This document shows, piece after piece, positions 1-12,472 of a stretch of DNA of 64,000 bases. Position 1 is the first letter of the stretch, and each line of letters begins with the position of its first letter. A program made the position numbers and the translations under genes. Under the pieces are notes generated by a model. That model was not told the DNA's origin. It was given only the letters and a program-made list of their open reading frames with translations, and ran no database searches. Source of the stretch: Microbotryum violaceum (taxonomy: Eukaryota); NCBI GenBank assembly GCA_001244265.2, contig CDLV01000004.1, positions 2,232,001 to 2,296,000 on the forward strand, in the 5' to 3' direction.

Positions 1-2590
1 ACTGTACGCCGTCTCATCCGAGGGGATCCCCAAAGACCGTCGGTAGACATCGACCCATTCCTCCAGACCCAATGACGCAGCCAATGAGAAAACCAATTGG
101 CTGAGCCTTTTGCATTCGTCCATCTTTAACGTCGATAGCCTGAGATTCTCGGCGACGAGATGCAGCGTTGCGACGATTACTTTTAGATCCTCCCTTTCGG
201 TTGCATCAAGTGGTGAGGCGATCTGACGAGCGTTCGATGGTGCGACCTTGGCTGACCGCAAGCTGCGAAACACACCGAGTACTGGGTCGTTGGGCGCATC
301 ATTCGTAGCTTGGATGATCACGGTGGCCGCATCCCGGTGGTTTCCGGAAACTTCCACTTCACCCTGTCGCAGCAGTACAGCGGTGAACGCTGCCCATGCC
401 CGTGACCGGTCTCTTTGACATGTGACGCGAACCTTGCGTTCGAGTGAGACAAACTGGTCCGTTGACAACGTGAGGCTGAGCGCCTGCAAACAGGTCCTCG
501 TCAAATCTTCGCGAAGCAGTTCCTTCGTAGGGAGCTCCACGAGCGATCGATTCCCGTCCAGAGTGGTGACGCAGACGTGACCACTACCATTGCCCTCGAG
601 CTTTCGGATAGGCCCTTCTCCGATTCGGCCATTGAAGGTGATGGGCTCGTCATGGCCCTGGACATGCGCAATTCTCCATCCCTGCGCACCTGGTTGCTTG
701 ACCAAGAGATCTTTCACACCATTGCCTCGTAAGTGAGAGACGACACATGCGTGCGTGGCTGAGGTTTGACGTATCGGTGCGACTGAATGCGCGTCGACGG
801 AAAGGTAGAGTAGAGTCTGGCTCTGGGGCAGAAGAATAGCGAGCATCGACTTGTCCCGTCGGGTGTCGAAGAGGAAGGCTTGTATATCGTCAAAGACGGA
901 CCTGCAGGGGTGAACATTGAGTCAGACATCAGGATATAAGCTCCTATACCAGGGCGAGGAATAACACGTACGGTCCATGGCTGTTTGAGAAAGCCATCCC
1001 CCACTTTTTCTCGACGACCCATTCACTCGTTTCTCGCTCCTCCAACAGGCTTACGACATCGGCACCTAGCGCCGGATTGAACCACGTGCGATCACCCGCA
1101 TCTCCGGTGATTGCGTTGACGGTCGTTAGAACATTACCTTGGCTTGAACCTCCACCTTGGCCGAGTGCCATCCGATCCATGGTCACGCTCAGCTCGTTCC
1201 GTGTGAGAGACGTCCGTCGATTCTCGTGGGCCAGCCCTGCCGAGGAAGCCTTCGTCGCATTGCGTCGCATCCCGACCGATCCTGAAGCGCCCGAAGCAGC
1301 CAACACTTCCATGAGAAGGTGTTCCTCATTCGCTTCTGCGGCGTACGAAGATGTCGGTGGTGCGGAGAAAGAGATGCGTCGATTGACGGAAGTGGAAGCC
1401 CCCGCGGCCAGCGACGATGAGCCAACGCTCATCCGAGGCGCAGTAGCAGCGATCGAACCGTTCCTCTTGCGCTTCGATCCTACTCGATCAATGGCTGCAG
1501 GATCCTGGTGAGTCATTTCCTCTAGTCCAGAAAGGATCATCGAGCGGCGCGCCGTCAAGTCGGACTTGACTCGCGCTTTACCCTTTGTCGAAGATTCTTT
1601 GGGTCTGTCGAGATTCGATCGGGTGCAGCTCCACACGTCGAGCTTGGACTCGACCGTGTTGATTGTGACGAGTAAGGCGTGATCGTCCATGTTGAGAGCG
1701 AGAACCTGAACGATCTTGTACGGTCGCAGGGTCGTTGTTGTGAGTTCTGGGTCTTCGATGCGTTTGATCGAGTGTTTGACATCGTCGAGCGTATGCCAGT
1801 GCCCTCCCTTGGTTTCGATCAAGACGTCGCGGGGTAGGGACCACATCTTGTTCTCCTCCGCTGATGGGGCATGGGTCGAAGAAGGTGGTGAAGATTCGTG
1901 TTGGGCCAAAGTGAGAGGGACGATCCATGGTCCAGCTCCCGTCGGTGCGAGTGGGTAAACGTATAGCTCGTCGGTCGAAAGGGAAACGAGCAAATGTCGT
2001 TCGAGGACTTGTTGGGTTGCGAAATTTTCTTGTTCGTTCTCCGATGTGGGTTCGGGTGGATGTAGGGGTAAGGGTAGAGGGTCGTCGGTCCATGGCATCG
2101 GAGGTGCAGGTTGGAAAGGGCCGAATAGAGCAGCGAGTCGATCTGGTCCGGCAGCCGTTGTCCTGGACGCAGATGAGGATGATGACGCGCCCGAGCTGTT
2201 GACTGAATGCTCGTGATTTGTGGCTCGGGTGGGAAGCTGAGCGAATACTGCCTGTCGTACGACGGCGTGGGGGAAAGAGTATGTGCGAGCGATCGAGGAC
2301 CCCGAAGAGTGCACGACGCGATGGCCGGACCAGGACAGGTGCTCGATAGTTGACGAGGACTGTGGGGACGCAACGAACAAGTGGGTAGATGAGGACAATG
2401 AGGAGGCCGGCGCTTCGGCTCGACGCGAGAGCTGCACGAGGCGGTCCAGATAGCTCGAACGCGTCGACGTCGCGGCTGTTGAGCCATCGTCGCGTCGCGA
2501 ATGGGACGTCGAGGATGATGCGAGCGGTGGTGATGCACCCAGCAAAGTGAAAGGGTCAGGATCGAGCCTCGGTACGTCGAATGCGAGCAT
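1..2590 (-). CDS. APC1: Anaphase-promoting complex subunit 1-like (APC1/BimE/Cut4), 5' part; continues past the left edge
   Basis: ATG at 2590 (MLAFDVPRLD...). The segment EHLSWSGHRVVHSSGSSIARTYSF..VRQAVF resembles the APC1 N-terminal propeller. GT..AG intron at ~970-903, then an open frame (SVFDDIQAFLFD...) toward position 1. Confidence 0.65.
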
Positions 2591-2854
2591 TTCGGTTGGT
2601 TTTGTCTGGCCGCAAGCGGTGGAGGGAGGGAGCTTCCGTGCGACCGCGTTCGCTCCCCGCACTGGCCATTGAAGCGGTCCAAGCTCAAAAGCTCGCTTAA
2701 GCCGTGCCTAATAAGCCTAATAAGCCAGCCAAGAGTCAGCCGAAGCCCGAAGCTCATGCTCATGAGCGATGATCGATGTTCGGGCGCGCTTCTGACTCTC
2801 ACCACCTCCACCGTCTTACACCAACACCAACTCCAACTACTTTACTTTACAAAC

Positions 2855-4879
2855 ATGCCCGGACTCAAAGTGAGTTCGTCCTCGCCAAGCCGTTTCACCC
2901 ACTCTATACGAGCGAGTGGTGGGCCCCTCTCTAGCCCCTTACCCCCCGCCCCCGCCTTACTCGGCAGCTGACCCAACGCGTTACGCGTTACGTGTTACCC
3001 CGGTCGTCGTTGGGTGGTGCGCTTCTCCTTTGCAGGTCGCTCTTCTTGGTGCCGCTGGTGGTATCGGACAACCGCTTGCTCTCTTGCTCAAGCAGGTACG
3101 TTCTGTTCTACTCGACCAGTCCAGAGTAACGCTTCTCTGGTAACTGACGACGGTTGTTGGGTTCCCGCCGCGCTCCCGCTCTCCGCCCCGCTGCGACCGC
3201 CGCGTAGAACCCTGCCGTCACCGAATTGGCCTTGTTCGATGTCGTTCCCGTCGTGAAGGGTACGTCCAAAAGAGCACACGCTTGATTCATCAACTGCTGT
3301 GACTGACCCCCGTTACTCTTCCCCTCCTCCAGGTGTCGCTGCCGACATCTCCCACGTCGACAGTCCCGCGGTCACGACCGGTTATACCAAGGACGACGAT
3401 GGACTCAAGCACGCCTTGAAGGATGCCCAGGTCGTCGTTATCCCCGCTGGTGTTCCCCGCAAGGTCAGTGGTTTTCTTTTGATTCCCGCGTCGATGCACG
3501 CCTCCGTCATTCACCGCCAAAGTGGGCAGTGAGCGCCCCCGTGCCCGCCCGAACTGGTTGGAACCGCGTAGAGAGTCGATGGGTCACCATCTATCCCATC
3601 CCCGGAACTCCGAATTTCCTCCTCGGCTGGCCACAGAGCGTACAACCCCCATTCGAGAAGGCGCCTCTCCTGTAGTACTCGACTGACTCTGTTCTTGCAT
3701 CTACTACACTGCTCAATCACGTAAACTCTTGATGGCGACGCTCTTGGCGACCTCGTAGCCCGGCAGTGAGTGATCACCACAATCAGCATCCCGAGCAGCC
3801 TGCGCCTAGAACTGCCCTGAATACACAATCGATTCGCAGTGACCCGCGATGACTTGTTCAACATCAACGCCGGCATCGTTCGCGACCTCGCCACCGCCAT
3901 CGCCGAGGTCTGCCCCCAGGCTTTTGTCTGCGTAAGTGATCTATCGGCGACACCTTCCTGTATGGACCACCAGACCTGACTCATCTCATTGACATTGCGC
4001 GCGATTCAGATCATCTCCAACCCTGTCAACTCGACGGTGAGTGTCGAAAGTGAGACCTACGTCCCCTCATCAATTGAAACTCACCACGAATTCGTCCTCT
4101 TGGTCACAGGTCCCTATCGCTGCCGAGGTCTTCAAGAACGCCAACGTCTTTGACCCCAAGCGGTGAGCACAACACTCCACTGTCACTATTAAAAATCTAT
4201 GGCCGCCCAACTCACACCTGTTTTCTCACAGCGTCTTTGGTGTCACCACGTTGGACGTCGTTCGATCGTCGACCATGACGGCCCAAGCGATCGGTGAGCC
4301 GACCCATGGTCCCAAGTACAAGATCCCGGTCATCGGTGGTCACTCGGGTGTGACGATACTACCCCTCCTCTCGCAATCCGAGCCCGCCTTACCTTCCTCG
4401 CTCTTGAACGACCAAGACAAGTTGTCCAAATTGATCACCCGAATCCAACAAGGTGGTGACGAAGTAGTTCAAGCTAAAGCCGGTGCAGGATCCGCTACTT
4501 TATCGATGGCTTATGCTGGATACAAGTTCGTCGAGAGGTTAATCGAAGCCGCTTTCAAGGGAAAGAAGGGAGTGATTGAACCTACGTACGTTTACGTCAA
4601 GGATGACGCCAAGTTGCAAAAGGAGATTGGAACGTCTTTGGATTTCTTCGCCGTTCGTGTCGAATTGGGTCCCAATGGGGCTGAAAAGTTGTTACCTTTG
4701 GGTTCGATGAGTGAATTCGAGAAGGGCTTGATGAAAGCCGTGACCGGTGAATTGGGAGGTTCGATCACGAGTGAGTTGAGAGTGGTTCGTCCTTCGGGAT
4801 TGGCTTACCCTTCGGATGGCTGATGGCTTTCGAGGTTCTCGTCGTCGCAGAGGGTGTCGAGTTCATCTCCAAGCTTTAG
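2855..4879 (+). CDS. MDH: NAD-dependent malate dehydrogenase, multi-exon, C-terminal SKL (PTS1)
   Basis: Motifs [58 protein letters not shown] and [23 protein letters not shown]. The last exon at 4851-4879 gives ..KGVEFISKL*. Confidence 0.95.
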
Positions 4880-5058
4880 ATTACGCTTTGCGATATCTTG
4901 CTACTTCTGCCTTTGCGTTCTTTGTTCAAAACAAAACTCCATCTGTCTTTTTCCCCAAAATAAAACCCCCTTGGAATGTGATATAAATCAAATCAACACC
5001 GAAAATCTCATTTTTCCTCAAAAAGTCACCCCACCCTTCTTCCAAGCAAAACCCAGGC

Positions 5059-6375
5059 TTATACTTTCCCTTCCTCGACGACCTTATTAATCGAACTACC
5101 AATACCCCCACTCACTTCGACCTTAAAACTCGAACCATGAACCAGAATTTCTTTAGGTTCATAGAAGAAACCTATACCACTTGGCGTTCCGGTGAGGATG
5201 ATCGTACCAGCTTTGAGAGTCGTACCGCGTGAGAGGAAGGCTATGATTTTAGGGATCGAGAAGCTGAGATCACTGATATTTTTTTTGAAGTGAGCGTAGG
5301 GGTTAGTAAGGAGAGAGATTGTGAGATTTTTTGGGTCTTTTGTTGGAAAAAAAATGTGCGTACTTACTTGAGAGGACTATCTTGTAGCGTCTTGGTTTGA
5401 ACATTGGGGTTCGTCTTGTGACCTTTGTTGAAGAGTTTGCTAGGCCCGGGATCGAAGACGTCGAAACGATCACGGGGCCTGGAGGTAGAATGAGAATGTA
5501 AGGTAGGAGTTTGAAAAAAAAGTTCCATGAATTTCGGTATAGTCTCGTGTCATTTGCTGACGAACCAATGGGGCATGCCGTATCGAATCCTTTCGAGAAG
5601 CACCATTGAGATTGTTCGAATTGCACCTGCCAGAGTCGGTCGAACAAATACAATCAGTCGCCCCCAAAAAGTGGACGATCCTCGTTCTTACTCACCTTTC
5701 TGGACGAAACATCATTCCCCGTCGTATATCCCAATACATAATCCAAAGCCTCCTCCTCTTTAACATCTTTACAATCTTTACCTATTACTACGACCAATTC
5801 AGATTCGTAATCTGCCGCTTCGTCGTCGATGACGGAATGTGGGATGATGATTTTAGAAGGGTGAGAACCGGTTAGGGAGGTCGAGGGTTTGAGGAATAGG
5901 ATGGGGACGGTAGGGATGGGGAGAGAGGCTTCTTTGGCGTGCTTGCGGTAGTTGAGGCCGCTGCAGTGTCGAGTCAGGTGGGGAGGAAAGGGAGATGATT
6001 GAGGAGGTTAGGAACAGAAGCGAACTTTCTATCATCAGGTTCAGCGAGACTTGGGGGATCGACGGAGCGGTAGTACAGAACGTTGAGAAGAAACTTAGTG
6101 ACTGACATGCCTCGAATGGTGCCCACCTCCTCCTGACCCAACGGACTTAACAACTCGCCAATCTCCACCTCTTCCCCTGTAGCTTGACCAGCATTCAACA
6201 CCGAATTACCGGTATACAACTTGACTTTGACGGTTTCTTTGGCTTCGTAAATCGCTCGACCGATATCGAGAGCTGCGTCGACGGGTTCACCGATCACCGG
6301 TAAGGAGGATCCATGTGGAGACTCTAGAATACCGGCGTCTGATTCGAGGTGGTTCAATACGTTAGAACGCTCGAA
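5059..6375 (-). pseudogene. Fumarylacetoacetate-hydrolase-family (FAHD2-like) gene, apparently disrupted
   Basis: Motifs GTIRGIGLNYRKHAKE, PILFLKP, DYESELVVVIGK, GYTTGNDVSSR, SKGFDTACPIG and GTIILTGTPSGIG; TAA at 5059-5061. There is a 1-nt frameshift at ~5445 and no in-frame start before the repeat nest. Confidence 0.75.
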
Positions 6376-6539
6376 TCAGAAGGAAGCTAAGAGAAAGCCC
6401 GCACGCGCTCGCGCTCATGTAGCCTGCAAAGTGTACTCCTCGAGTACACTCGCACCTATGCGGGTCAAATTAAGCGTGCCAAAAAAACTAGTTCGCGCGC
6501 AACGCGTTCGACTCTTTCGTAGAAGCGCGGCTAAGGTTC

Positions 6540-7760
6540 CTGCGCGAGTGCGGCTTACGGGCCAAGGCTTATGCTCGAGGCAGGCGTGCGAGCACGGCTA
6601 AATAAAATAAAAATAAAATAAAATAAAAAAATAAAAAAATAAAAAAAAAGCTTACGGCGGGAGGCCTGCGTGCGGGCACGGCTTCAACTCTCCAAAGCCG
6701 CTTGCACAGTGATTTTTAGCGAGAGAGGTGATGTCATGTTGCAGCGGGGCTTGAGAAACCGAAAGGGACCGTGTCGTAACTAACAACTCGGTCACTATTG
6801 AAACGTATCAAAGTAAGAAAGAGACATTAAAGTGTAGATAGGGAAGGTGGGCGGGAAGCTTAAAGGACCGAGAGATCGCTTTGCGAGGCGTAGCGATCGG
6901 GATGATAAGTAACAGGGCAACTATGACAGAGGCACGGCGTAGCATACCTTTGCGAGGCGTAGCGCAGGCGTTCAACACAATTGAACGAGCGTCCGGGAAG
7001 ACTCCGCGGGAGGTAGCCTATGGGATGCTATGCGTTAGCTTGGTGCGCCCAACTAGGGTGATCCAGGAAAGGGTGGAGATCGTACAGAGAGGTCGCGGAG
7101 AGCTACTGCAGGGCAAGTGAGCTATGAGTACGTCGTGCAACTAGCCGAGCGTATTCTGAACACTTACCTCGAGCGCGTGGCAGGCGTGCGTGCGTCGAGG
7201 GTTTCTGGAGAGCAGCGGGCTGCTGTAAGGTCCTGATGAAGGAGACTGCTGAGTGAGCGACGGATCGCTTGGATGAGGATCCAATGTTGGAGGACCAACT
7301 GACCCTTGGCAGAGGGTGGCAGTGCTGGAGCAGCAAGCTGGTCCCAGAACGTGTCGACGGTGCGGAACCGAGGAGAGGGTAAGCGGCGCGGACGCGAGGC
7401 ACTCGCAGAGAGGCTGAGGGCTCTGAGGAACTCACGGAGAGACCTAGGACGCTGAGCGCTCCGGAGAGGCTAGGAATACGCTGAGCGCTCCGGAGAGGCT
7501 AGGAAATACGCTGAGCGCTCCGGAGAGGCTAGGAGAATACGCTGAGCGCTCCTGAGAGGCTAGGATCGGCTGACGCTGAGTCAGGACTAGAATGCACGGA
7601 TGCGCGCTTGAACAATGAGCGTGGAACTCTTACCGCTAAAGCTGAACAGACATACGGCGGGAGGCCTGCGTGCGGGCACGGCTTACGGCTGGGGGTGTTG
7701 AAGTCGCGCGTGCTAAAGTCCGCAGCGTCAAACTCTTGCAGCAAAAGCTGAAAAGCGATA
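6540..7760. repeat. GC-rich ~31-bp tandem unit (GCTTACGGCGGGAGGCCTGCGTGCGGGCACG) of an unclassified repeat family; interrupted by the 6684-7652 element
   Basis: Related units and the motif GCGTCAAACTCTTGCAGCAAAAGC recur at ~40090-40290, and the motif recurs inverted at ~41610-41660. Confidence 0.6.
6684..7652 (-). mobile_element. ~1 kb non-coding inserted element, copy A (same ends as 31812-32829)
   Basis: Near-identical reverse complement of 31812-32829 with the same termini (TGTCTGTTCAGC...GGAGAGTTGA). Contains a ~30-bp tandem x4 at 7449-7563. Confidence 0.85.
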
Positions 7761-10700
7761 AAGCAGCTTTTTTGGAATTTACCCCAGGAAAACGTTGGTA
7801 CAGGCATGATATACCATCCCCCCCCCCCCCCCCCCACGGCACGCGCCCGGAGGCAGAATAGCGGCTAAGTAGTGCACTTGCTAACTCGCCTATGCTAATC
7901 GGCCCTTTGCCTCAGCACATGGCACTGGCACCCCCGGCCCACCTTCAAGCTTCAATCCTCCCCACCGCCTTGCACTCATCGGCATCGCTTCAAGCATGGG
8001 CTCCCTGCGACACACACCGCCACTACCACAAGCAAATCCAGCGTCCCTACTAGTAGGGAAAGACAAGGAAAAAGACACCAAGACCAAGTGTAAGAAATTC
8101 ACGAGGCGGAGGAAGAAGAAGGCGGTTGACACGATCATCGAGAGCGCGGCGACCTCGGGACCAGAGGAGGGGCGAAGAAGAAAAAGAAAAAGAACAAGAT
8201 GAGGTCATGGCCCGTGCGAGAACAAGAAAAGGAGCCAGTCGTGTCCCCGAAGAGCGAGGCGTTTGTAGAATCCTCCGGCCACGCTGCTGGCATTATGGTA
8301 TAGCGATCAAAGCTGATATGATAATAAAGGCTAAGGTATGACTAAGAGCTTTTAAGACACCAAGGCGAGAGACACGAGAGACTGCAGTGGGGGTAGAATC
8401 GAGAAGCGAGGCCGAATTCGAGAACGAAACGCTGAGGACGGAGGCTGGAGACGATGCCAAACGAGACTTGAAACACGCAAAAAGTGAGAGACAAGAAAAA
8501 TATCGTATTGGATCCTGGAAAGTTTTCCTGAAAACAAGAAGAAAACTCCCCTCAAAAGTCCCGGCAGTTCAAACGGCTGCTTTCTGTTCATTCCCCTTCA
8601 CTGTAACCTCCGCATATCGGGCTCGGTCTTCCTTCCAAATGCTGCCTTACCGATCCCACCAATGCTCGTCATTTTCCGAGTCTTTGCGGCGCAAAAGTGA
8701 AGGCCCCTCGAAATCACATCCTCTTCCTCTCCCTCCCGTAAGCCGGCTTTAGCCTCCCTCCTCTCGTGGCCGCCGGGAATGACTCGTCGTCGAGACGCCC
8801 GAGTCCAAAACTTACTGCCGCTACGACTTCTATTAGCCTCGAGAAATCGAAATAGCGGATGCGACCGGATCCCGAGTAGCACAGTATTCACGGCAACCCA
8901 ACGAGGCCGCGTCCGACACGTCGGCCGACTCGGAGCCCTCCTTCATCGGAGCCATCGATCCCGAGCCTTGATTACTACCTGTGGCAGTGCACCCAAGGCA
9001 CGGGCGAACAACCGATGGAGGGGTGCGTGGCGCTTCGGCTTTGGTGTACCGACGACGCTGAACTTTTTCAGCAAACGACAGCGGATGGCCTAACTTCGTT
9101 TGCCCGCAGCCCTGGTGACACGATTGATGAGACGGACGACAACACGAACGAAGGAGTTGACTTTGACATGAGTGATCAATTGAGCGACGATTTGAGTCAT
9201 TACTCTATCGACGCCACAGACAACGGTGCATTTGTGCTTGAGGAGTGGGAGTTCAATGCGGAAGATGATGGCAGTGTTGACGAAACTTGGGAAATGTTTA
9301 ATGGCTGTCTGGAATCGAAGGCTCTTGTTCCAAAAGCCTCAATCCAAACAGATGATGCGAGCGCTCGCGTGCTTTTGCCTTTTCATTGACTAGTGTCTCT
9401 TCATGTCTTACAATATTGCCCTTCCCTCGGAAGTGCAGGGAATGCAAAGTAGCAACCATACGACCGAGAAGCAACCAACGCTGACAGGGGTTGGCTACCG
9501 CTTAAATGCGCTCTAGCCCGCTTGAAAAGGTTACTGCCCAGCAGTAGTGCCGACAGCGGGAGGTCCAACAGGTCAGCTAGAGATCCAGAAGGAAAGCTCT
9601 CTGCTGCTGGCGATAAGATAAGCGGGCATTCTTCTTGGCTGCGCTTAGTTAGTGCGCTTTCAAATTTCCGCCATTGCGTTTGGTGTTTATAGCGTGCGCA
9701 GTCAGGCCAGTCAGATGCCCGAAGTCCGTGCCAGGTCTTTGTTGATACTTCCTGAGATCTCAGCAGAGATCACATTGCTACTTATCAGACTCCATTTACC
9801 CCACACTCTAATGTGTTCTCGAACGAAGACTAATCTGGTCCCATACTCGATCTGTTTTTCGGTGCTTTTCAATGGTGTTGTCTTGGCCACTTTAAGCCAC
9901 GCAGCCACTTAGACAGTTGTACGTTTGCGTCGACATTATCGACTCTCGACATTTCAGATACATGACGACGCACTTAATACCCCTGACGGGATGTTCGTGT
10001 ACGATTGAACTCATTCTAGTTTGATAACGATGAATGAGTTTGACAATATATCAATGATATCTGTCCCGGTGCTGAGAAAAAGGTGACTTTGATGCCAATC
10101 ACACCTGCGCCTTTCATGTGCTCTCTGCCGTGTGACCCGATCTGTTGCGTGCTCTCACCGGTACATGTACTACTGTTACATCGTAAAGGCGGAAGCTCAG
10201 AGTTAGCTATGGACATAAAAGTGGGGTGTATACACCTGAACGAACATCACTGAGTCAGGATCACAATGTTGTTCTTCGTACTCTACCATTCCTCCTCGCA
10301 TTAGAGTGCACGAGTGGCCTGCGAGCTATTGCTGGCCTCCGACTGTTTCTACTGTCGACCAACGCAGCCTTTACAGATGACAGTTCTGGTCGTATCTCAA
10401 TCGGTCTCCTCGGGGTTTTTTTTGCTTGAAATCATCTTTTTAAGAACGAGGGTCATCACCAGATCGTACTGTAATGGCACTGAAAGTGACTAGGTTTTTG
10501 AGTCAGGGTACCCGGCGCGGGGAAAATCCACCGGTGGTCAACATTGCGATCGAAATCGTCTTGAATACTCGGGTTTCCACATGGCAGATAGAACCTGAGA
10601 TTTATCAGTCGCCCTCTGTATTTCACTTCCCATCAATTTGCCCATAGCCTTTTACTGCACTGTCCGATGCTGCGTTGGGTGTGCAGCTGAGGGTCAAGCG

Positions 10701-12472
10701 AGAAGTCCCTGGTCATGCATGCATTGTGAAAAGTGCGATTTGTCAGAAGTCAAGTCGCACTTCAGAGAATAGGACACAATCAGGTGATGAGAGAATGATG
10801 AGCTACACACCCAAATTCTGAGACGTCCTACCGGAAATATCACCGGTGTGGTCCCCTTGTGTGCTTTGTGTCAACTATCGAGATGCGGAACAATCACAAA
10901 ATGATCATTGGTTAAGATGCGAGGCGCGAGAGACAGCGATGAGGTCGTGTTTGGACAAGGTGTAAGATCGCCCCCACTCAATCATTGCAAAAGAACAAGA
11001 ACAGGAACATGAAAAAAGAAGTGGGACCAATCATGAACCTGGTCCGACTCAATTTGAGGAGCATTTAGTCACCCAGTGTGCGTCGACGCGTCGATGTGCA
11101 CGTGCTTGGGCCAAGGTCAAAGCTTCAAAGTGCGGGAGCGAACCGTGAGCCACATTTTATATATATCTAATACACTTCACAGCAAGTGACCAGTCAGCTT
11201 TTGGTCCCACCATTAATACCCTTAAGACCCAGTAGGGCCCAAGATGACTTGGCAAAAGGAAACTCCCATCTTCGAGATCCGAAGCTCCGAAGCTGGCCTA
11301 CTAGTCAGTGTGCTCAACTGCATTCGCTCCGACTTTCCCAAGGTTTTTAGGTATGGCTATGGTTGTACTGCTGTTGAATTAAAGAAAAAAACAGGGGTAG
11401 TAAGTAGTGAGTGAAGAGAAACAGAAAATTAGGAGGGAGGGGTGGCAGAAGGTCAATACAGTAGCTGTCTTACCTGTGCATTGGTTGTATCCTCCATCTC
11501 GTCAGCAGGCGGTATTGGGTACAACAGCTATATCGCATTTCGGTTCCGAAATCGACTCTTGGGAACATTGGTATAGGAAGATTGGCATCGTCTATAAGAA
11601 TAACTCTAACCACGATTAGCTAAGCTTCACGGCTCGTGGGACACCCAGAGAGGTGCACCGTGCCAGAGTGTGCGAGGAGGGGGGAGCAATTGTACACCAT
11701 CCCTCTACCAAGCTCAGATTTACTGACGCCTAACGTTTTAGACTTTACTCCGGACATTCAATTCAGGCATTTAATGGATGTCCAAATAAAGCACTCACGC
11801 ATCCTACCTAATGTCAAACTGCAGTTAAGCTCGCCCCAGAGCTTGGGGGTGACAACAGCAAAGCACCCAAATTTCTCCGACTACCCCTTCGGACCCCCGA
11901 GACGCCGGCGAAGTGAGAGCAGAACCTTCAAGCTGTCGAGAATGTCCGTAATAACACGCTTCGCGTTGGGTTCTCCAAACGGTGTGCCCGCGGTGAGAAT
12001 GAAAGCCGAGATTATTCGTTGACGCTGGAACAATAGATATAAAACAGAAGCAGGGAACAAAGTAGTTCAGCAGTTCTGACCTGCAGACGCAAGATCGCAA
12101 GGTGTCCGAGCTGGCTAGCTGACCATATGTGCCAGGGAAATACGACGCTGCATTACGCGTAATCAATGCCTTTTCTGCTGAATTGTCAATGGAAGGGCGC
12201 GTAAACTCGGCATCGATATAGTGGCAGCTTGGTGCTGAGGCGTCAATGACTTCGTAGTAGCAAAGCTCGTTGTTGGCCGAGTCGCTTGCATACACTGCAA
12301 GCTTCCATATAGGTCCGACGCGCTCGGTGTCGGTGATGCTGTGAGAGGAGAGCGCGCGCGCTCGGTGACGTGAGGTGACGCGAGGCGCGACGTGTACCCC
12401 GGGGGTACACATTGGGACACTGCTCTTTCCCTCTCACCGATCTCACCCCTCACCCCCACTCCAAGTTCCAAC

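Noticed and set aside
1077-2811. Long overlapping or antisense ORFs over APC1 (likewise over MCM2, the carrier and the bZIP gene)
   Set aside because: Shadow frames of GC-rich coding sequence.
7103-7435. 110-aa ORF duplicated at 31998-32330
   Set aside because: Non-ATG start, low complexity and no motif; its conservation only reflects recent duplication of the element.
7449-7563. ~30-bp repeats resembling a CRISPR array (also 25034-25208 and 47833-47934)
   Set aside because: Head-to-tail or lacking unique regular spacers, no cas genes, and a eukaryotic context.
8352-11400. Fragmentary ORFs, possibly a decayed transposase
   Set aside because: No motif I can assign; left unannotated.
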